Shown here piece by piece: positions 59,842-64,000 of a DNA stretch of 64,000 nt. The DNA is from Cytophagales bacterium (lineage in GTDB: Bacteria > Bacteroidota > Bacteroidia > Cytophagales > Cyclobacteriaceae). The DNA is taken from contig JANOUH010000152.1 in assembly GCA_031416795.1 (NCBI GenBank), forward strand, positions 9,183-73,182, read 5' to 3'. A program made the translations under genes and the position numbers. The notes under the pieces were generated by a model. The model worked only from the letters and a program-made list of their open reading frames with translations. It ran no database searches and was not told the origin of the DNA. How positions within the stretch are numbered: position 1 is the stretch's first letter; each line of letters opens with the position of its first letter.

Positions 59842-61626
59842 ATGAAGGAACTCAAATACCTTAATAAATATCTACTGAAATACAAGTGGCACCTGATCCT
59901 GGGGCTTGTATTTGTGATTATCTCCAACTTGTTCAAGATATATCCAGCACAAATGGTGCGCTATTCGATCGACCTGGTGGTTGACAACATTAGAGTTTAC
60001 CGCTCTTTTACCGGAAGCGAAATTCAACGTGATTTCTTCACGATTTTTGCACGAGGCATTTTACTATACGCGGTGTTGATTTTAGTAATGGCTCTTTTGC
60101 ATGGCGTGTTTCTTTACTTCGTCAGGCAAACCTTGATTGTCATGAGCCGCCTGGTAGAGTATGATTTAAAGAATGAAATCTTCCAACACTACCAGACTCT
60201 TCCGCTTAGTTTTTATCGCAGAAACAATACTGGCGATTTGATGAACCGCATCAGTGAAGATGTTGGGCGTGTGCGCATGTACCTCGGGCCATCCATCATG
60301 TACGGCATGCAGCTGGTGACCTTGTTCATCATGTTGATACCGATGATGTTTGCGATCAGTTCCAAGCTGACCTGGTATGCACTCGTTCCTTTGCCTGTTC
60401 TTTCGCTCAGTATATTTTATGTGAATACCATCATTGAACACCGGTCGGAGGAAATTCAGAAGAGCCAATCAAGACTAAGCACGTTTGTGCAAGAGGCCTT
60501 TTCAGGAATACGCGTGCTTAAATCATTCACGCGCGAAAATGAGTCGGTGAAAAATTTTACAAAAGAAAGTAATGAGTATAAGAGGCAATCATTAAAGCTC
60601 ACACGGGTGCAGGCCTTATTCTTTCCACTGATCATGGGATTAATTGGATTGAGCACCATTCTTACCGTGTATGCTGGAAGTGTGGAGGTAATCAACGGCT
60701 CTCTGACTTTCGGTAACATTGCAGAATTTATTATTTATGTAAACCTGCTTACATGGCCGGTGGCCTCGTTAGGTTGGACGATCAGTTTGGTACAACGTGC
60801 TGAAGCTTCTCAAAAAAGAGTCAATGAATTTCTGAAAACAAAAACGGACATCATTTCAGAAAAGAGTCTTACCCGAGATATCAAGGGCAAGATTGAATTT
60901 GACAAAGTGTCGTTTGTTTATCCTGACACAGGCATTCAGGCACTAAAAAATATCTCATTCAAAATTGAACCAGGTGAATCACTTGCGATTATTGGAACTA
61001 CCGGATCAGGTAAGAGTACGGTATCGAATCTCATCAGTCGTTTGTACGATGTCACCGAAGGTCAGATCAGGATTGATGATATCCCATTGAAAGATTATGA
61101 TCTTCATAATCTAAGAAGCCAAACCGGGGTTGTTCCACAAGATGTTTTTCTGTTTAGCGATACCATCTTCAATAACATCGCCTTTGGTCTTGACAAGCCT
61201 GATGAAAACAAAGTGATGCAGGCTGCCAAAGACGCAGATGTGTTTGCCAACATTGTTGCTTTCCCGTTAGGGTTCAATACCCGTGTGGGTGAACGTGGCA
61301 TCACACTTTCTGGTGGGCAGAAGCAACGTGTGTCTATTGCACGCGCAGTAGTGCGCGAACCTAAAATTTTAATCTTAGACGATGCATTATCAGCCGTAGA
61401 TACAAAAACAGAAAACACCATTCTCAATAGCATGAAACGAATCATGGAGAATCGCACGAGCATCATTATTTCACACCGGGTTTCTTCCGCTAAATTGGCC
61501 AACAAGATCATCGTGCTTCACGATGGAGCGATCATCGAAGAAGGAACACATGAAAATCTATTGATGAGAAAAGGTGCCTACCAGGAGTTATATGAAAAAC
61601 AGATGCAGGTAGATGAAGTTGAATAG
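59842..61626 (+). CDS. ABC exporter half-transporter (TMD-NBD), degenerate-Walker-B partner of a heterodimer
   Basis: GTTGSGKST, LSGGQKQR, ILILDD (Asp at the catalytic Glu position, 61378-61383), SHR. ATG 59842 preferred over TTG 59821. Confidence 0.9.
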   Translation: MKELKYLNKYLLKYKWHLILGLVFVIISNLFKIYPAQMVRYSIDLVVDNIRVYRSFTGSEIQRDFFTIFARGILLYAVLILVMALLHGVFLYFVRQTLIVMSRLVEYDLKNEIFQHYQTLPLSFYRRNNTGDLMNRISEDVGRVRMYLGPSIMYGMQLVTLFIMLIPMMFAISSKLTWYALVPLPVLSLSIFYVNTIIEHRSEEIQKSQSRLSTFVQEAFSGIRVLKSFTRENESVKNFTKESNEYKRQSLKLTRVQALFFPLIMGLIGLSTILTVYAGSVEVINGSLTFGNIAEFIIYVNLLTWPVASLGWTISLVQRAEASQKRVNEFLKTKTDIISEKSLTRDIKGKIEFDKVSFVYPDTGIQALKNISFKIEPGESLAIIGTTGSGKSTVSNLISRLYDVTEGQIRIDDIPLKDYDLHNLRSQTGVVPQDVFLFSDTIFNNIAFGLDKPDENKVMQAAKDADVFANIVAFPLGFNTRVGERGITLSGGQKQRVSIARAVVREPKILILDDALSAVDTKTENTILNSMKRIMENRTSIIISHRVSSAKLANKIIVLHDGAIIEEGTHENLLMRKGAYQELYEKQMQVDEVE

Positions 61627-61638
61627 GGAATTCTGAGA

Positions 61639-62352
61639 TTAAAATACATAACGCAGACCAACGCCACCCTGAAACCTATTGTAGCCTGGATCTAACCCAA
61701 CATCATAAAACCACTCTACTTCAATAAAAGCAGAAATGGGGATTGAAAAATAGGCATATTCAAATCCCAACACGGCCACAGGGCCATAGGTAAAACGGTT
61801 TTGACTGAATGTGCCCACTTGTGTTGCCCCTGATAAAGCATCGGTATACAGGTATTCATATTTAATGTTTGCGCTTCTCCACTGCCATCCTAACCCGGTA
61901 TAAACCTGAAGGCCTTTGGATATTTTTTCAGCATCCCATTGATAGAGGAATTTGCCCTCCAAAAATATGTTCGATGTAACCTTATGAGACAGATGTTGCA
62001 GGCTTTCATTAGACATTAACGAATCGGGCATATAATCCATGAAGCTATTGCGATAATATTCATTGTATAAACCGCTGGCTGTTTTTCCGGCATCCAGTGA
62101 AAAAGCCAGACTTCTACTTGCATAAAATTTATAGGTGAGCGCCATCGGATCCCCCAGTTTAATACCTATTCCCTGATAGGGATATCGCCTGTCATCAAAA
62201 ATGGGACAAACAACAGAAGCTTTATTGGGTCTGGACTTTTGAGTGTGCGGAATTCGGGTGTTCGCGTACTTGCTTGATTGGGCATGACCATACTGTGTCA
62301 TGCATAGACCGGCAATCATTAAAAGCAGGAATACTTTTGAAAAACGCATCAA
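61639..62352 (-). CDS. Outer-membrane beta-barrel protein (hypothetical)
   Basis: Signal peptide ending HAQ, alternating aromatic/polar strands, and C-terminal GVGLRYVF. Confidence 0.6.
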   Translation of the reverse strand: MMRFSKVFLLLMIAGLCMTQYGHAQSSKYANTRIPHTQKSRPNKASVVCPIFDDRRYPYQGIGIKLGDPMALTYKFYASRSLAFSLDAGKTASGLYNEYYRNSFMDYMPDSLMSNESLQHLSHKVTSNIFLEGKFLYQWDAEKISKGLQVYTGLGWQWRSANIKYEYLYTDALSGATQVGTFSQNRFTYGPVAVLGFEYAYFSIPISAFIEVEWFYDVGLDPGYNRFQGGVGLRYVF

Positions 62353-62411
62353 AGCAAATATAACTCTTTTGTCTGAACGATTAGACGAGCCGTTGTTACA
62401 AGAGTTAAACG

Positions 62412-64000
62412 TCAGATTACTTCTTTGTATTGCATTTTATGAAGTTGGGCGTAATGACCTTCCTGTACTAAGAGGGCCTCATGCGTGCCTTGCTCTTTTA
62501 TTTCTCCGTGATCCAACACAATAATTTTGTTTGCCTTCTGTATGGTCGATAACCGATGCGCAATAACAATGGACGTACGGTTACTCATCATATTGGAAAT
62601 TGCTTCCTGAATCATTTCTTCTGTCTCACTATCTACCGAAGAGGTGGCTTCATCCAGCACCAGAATTTTAGGATCATATACCATGGCTCTGATAAAAGAC
62701 AGGAGTTGCCTCTGCCCAACGGATATCGTGGACCCGCGCTCCATGACATTATAATTCAAGCCTCCCGGCAAACGGTCTATAAATTTGCGGGCGCCCACCA
62801 TATCGGCAGCATGCAAAATCATTTCATCCGTTACGTCTGTATTGCCGAGTGTGATGTTATTACGAATGGTATCGCTAAACAGAAATACATCTTGTAAAAC
62901 AAAACCAATATTTTTGCGCAAGCTAGCCAGATCATACTCTTTAATATCCACTCCATCGATGCGAATACTGCCTCTGTTTATTTCATAGAAGCGGTTTAAC
63001 AAATTAATGATGGATGATTTTCCTGCTCCGGTGGCACCTACCAACGCAATGGTTTCTCCCGGTTTGATTTGCAGGGTAATGTCTTTTAGTACATAGTCGG
63101 CCTCATTATAGGCAAACCACACATGGTCAACTGAAACTTCACCTTTTATATGATCCGTTTTGTGAGTACCGTTGGTCATGATGTCGGTCTTGTCATCCAG
63201 CAAATCAATGATACGTGATGTGCTGACAATACCCATTTGCAATGTGTTGTACCGATCTGCTACCATACGTATAGGACGGAAGAACATCTGGATGTACATG
63301 ATGAATGCCGTGAGCTTTCCTACAGTAATTCCGGTTTGTTCAAAATGGATAACGCCTTTCGCACCGTACCAAACGAGTAAGCCAATACCCATGGCAGCAA
63401 TAATCTCGGCTACCGGATAGTACACGGAATAATATAATACGGAGCGCAAGTTTGAATCGCGATGCTCTTTGTTGATCTCATCAAACTTTTCAAATTCTTT
63501 TTTTTCACTACCAAATATCTGCACCATGTTCATCCCGGTAAGATGCTCCTGCACGAAGGAATTCAGGTTGGCAACAGCATTGCGCACATCATTGAAGGCC
63601 ACTTTTATTTTTTCTTTAAACACATAGGTGGACAAGAGCATGAGTGGAATGGTGGAAAGTGAAACCAACGCCAACCGCCAATCTTCATAAAACATGAATG
63701 CGAGAATGAATACAATCTGAAGAAGATCACCTGCCATAGCAGCAAGACCTTCAGAGAAAACATCCGCCAAAGTTTCTACATCAGAAATGGTTCGTGTCAC
63801 TAATCGCCCAATGGGAGTTTTGTCAAAAAACTTCAATCGCAGGCTAATGATGTGTTCATATAGTTTGATTCGAATATCCCGAATCACAAATTGACCGATG
63901 CGACCTGATATATACGTATGTCCATACTGTGCTACCGACTGAATTACCATCAAAACTAACAGAATGATAATAACATTAACCATGCTCCAGTATTTGCCAA
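62412..64000 (-). CDS. ABC exporter half-transporter (TMD-NBD), non-canonical-signature partner; 5' end outside window
   Basis: GATGAGKSS, ISVGQRQ (62712-62726), LVLDE (62649-62654), AHR. Frame remains open to nt 64000 (..GKYWSMVNV..). Confidence 0.9.
   Translation of the reverse strand, partial: GKYWSMVNVIIILLVLMVIQSVAQYGHTYISGRIGQFVIRDIRIKLYEHIISLRLKFFDKTPIGRLVTRTISDVETLADVFSEGLAAMAGDLLQIVFILAFMFYEDWRLALVSLSTIPLMLLSTYVFKEKIKVAFNDVRNAVANLNSFVQEHLTGMNMVQIFGSEKKEFEKFDEINKEHRDSNLRSVLYYSVYYPVAEIIAAMGIGLLVWYGAKGVIHFEQTGITVGKLTAFIMYIQMFFRPIRMVADRYNTLQMGIVSTSRIIDLLDDKTDIMTNGTHKTDHIKGEVSVDHVWFAYNEADYVLKDITLQIKPGETIALVGATGAGKSSIINLLNRFYEINRGSIRIDGVDIKEYDLASLRKNIGFVLQDVFLFSDTIRNNITLGNTDVTDEMILHAADMVGARKFIDRLPGGLNYNVMERGSTISVGQRQLLSFIRAMVYDPKILVLDEATSSVDSETEEMIQEAISNMMSNRTSIVIAHRLSTIQKANKIIVLDHGEIKEQGTHEALLVQEGHYAQLHKMQYKEVI

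Overview
Mostly housekeeping chromosomal window from a Bacteroidota-type genome. Supporting signals: a TTTG/TAnnTTTG-type promoter upstream of tRNA-His, A/T-rich leaders without Shine-Dalgarno boxes, a PorW/SprE-like TPR lipoprotein, the nusB-DUF1573-yajC-YbbR-coaE block, a long NusB, Rho with a large N-terminal insertion, and an atpBEFHAG operon without atpDC. I call 55 protein-coding loci (3 disrupted), one tRNA-His(GTG), several intrinsic terminators and two candidate operators. I saw no rRNA, CRISPR array, transposase, integrase or phage genes. Most noteworthy: (1) nt 929-12953 is a co-directional export and periplasmic-tailoring block. It holds an autoregulated tetR + ABC (C39-like N-domain, degenerate NBD) + HlyD + TolC operon, then an EntS-like MFS, a Tat-signal class-V PLP enzyme with an in-frame TAG, and a Sec-signal penicillin-acylase-family Ntn hydrolase. 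This resembles the periplasmic half of pyoverdine maturation (PvdN/PvdQ/PvdRT-OpmQ), with no NRPS in view. (2) A predicted heterodimeric ABC exporter has its two halves encoded convergently around a beta-barrel gene. (3) The rho leader is unusual: palindrome, tandem heptamer and a 52-nt G-free tract. (4) A small accessory-looking patch after tRNA-His holds orphan genes and a multi-lesion pseudogene. All functional calls rest on motif recognition by eye; none was checked against a database.
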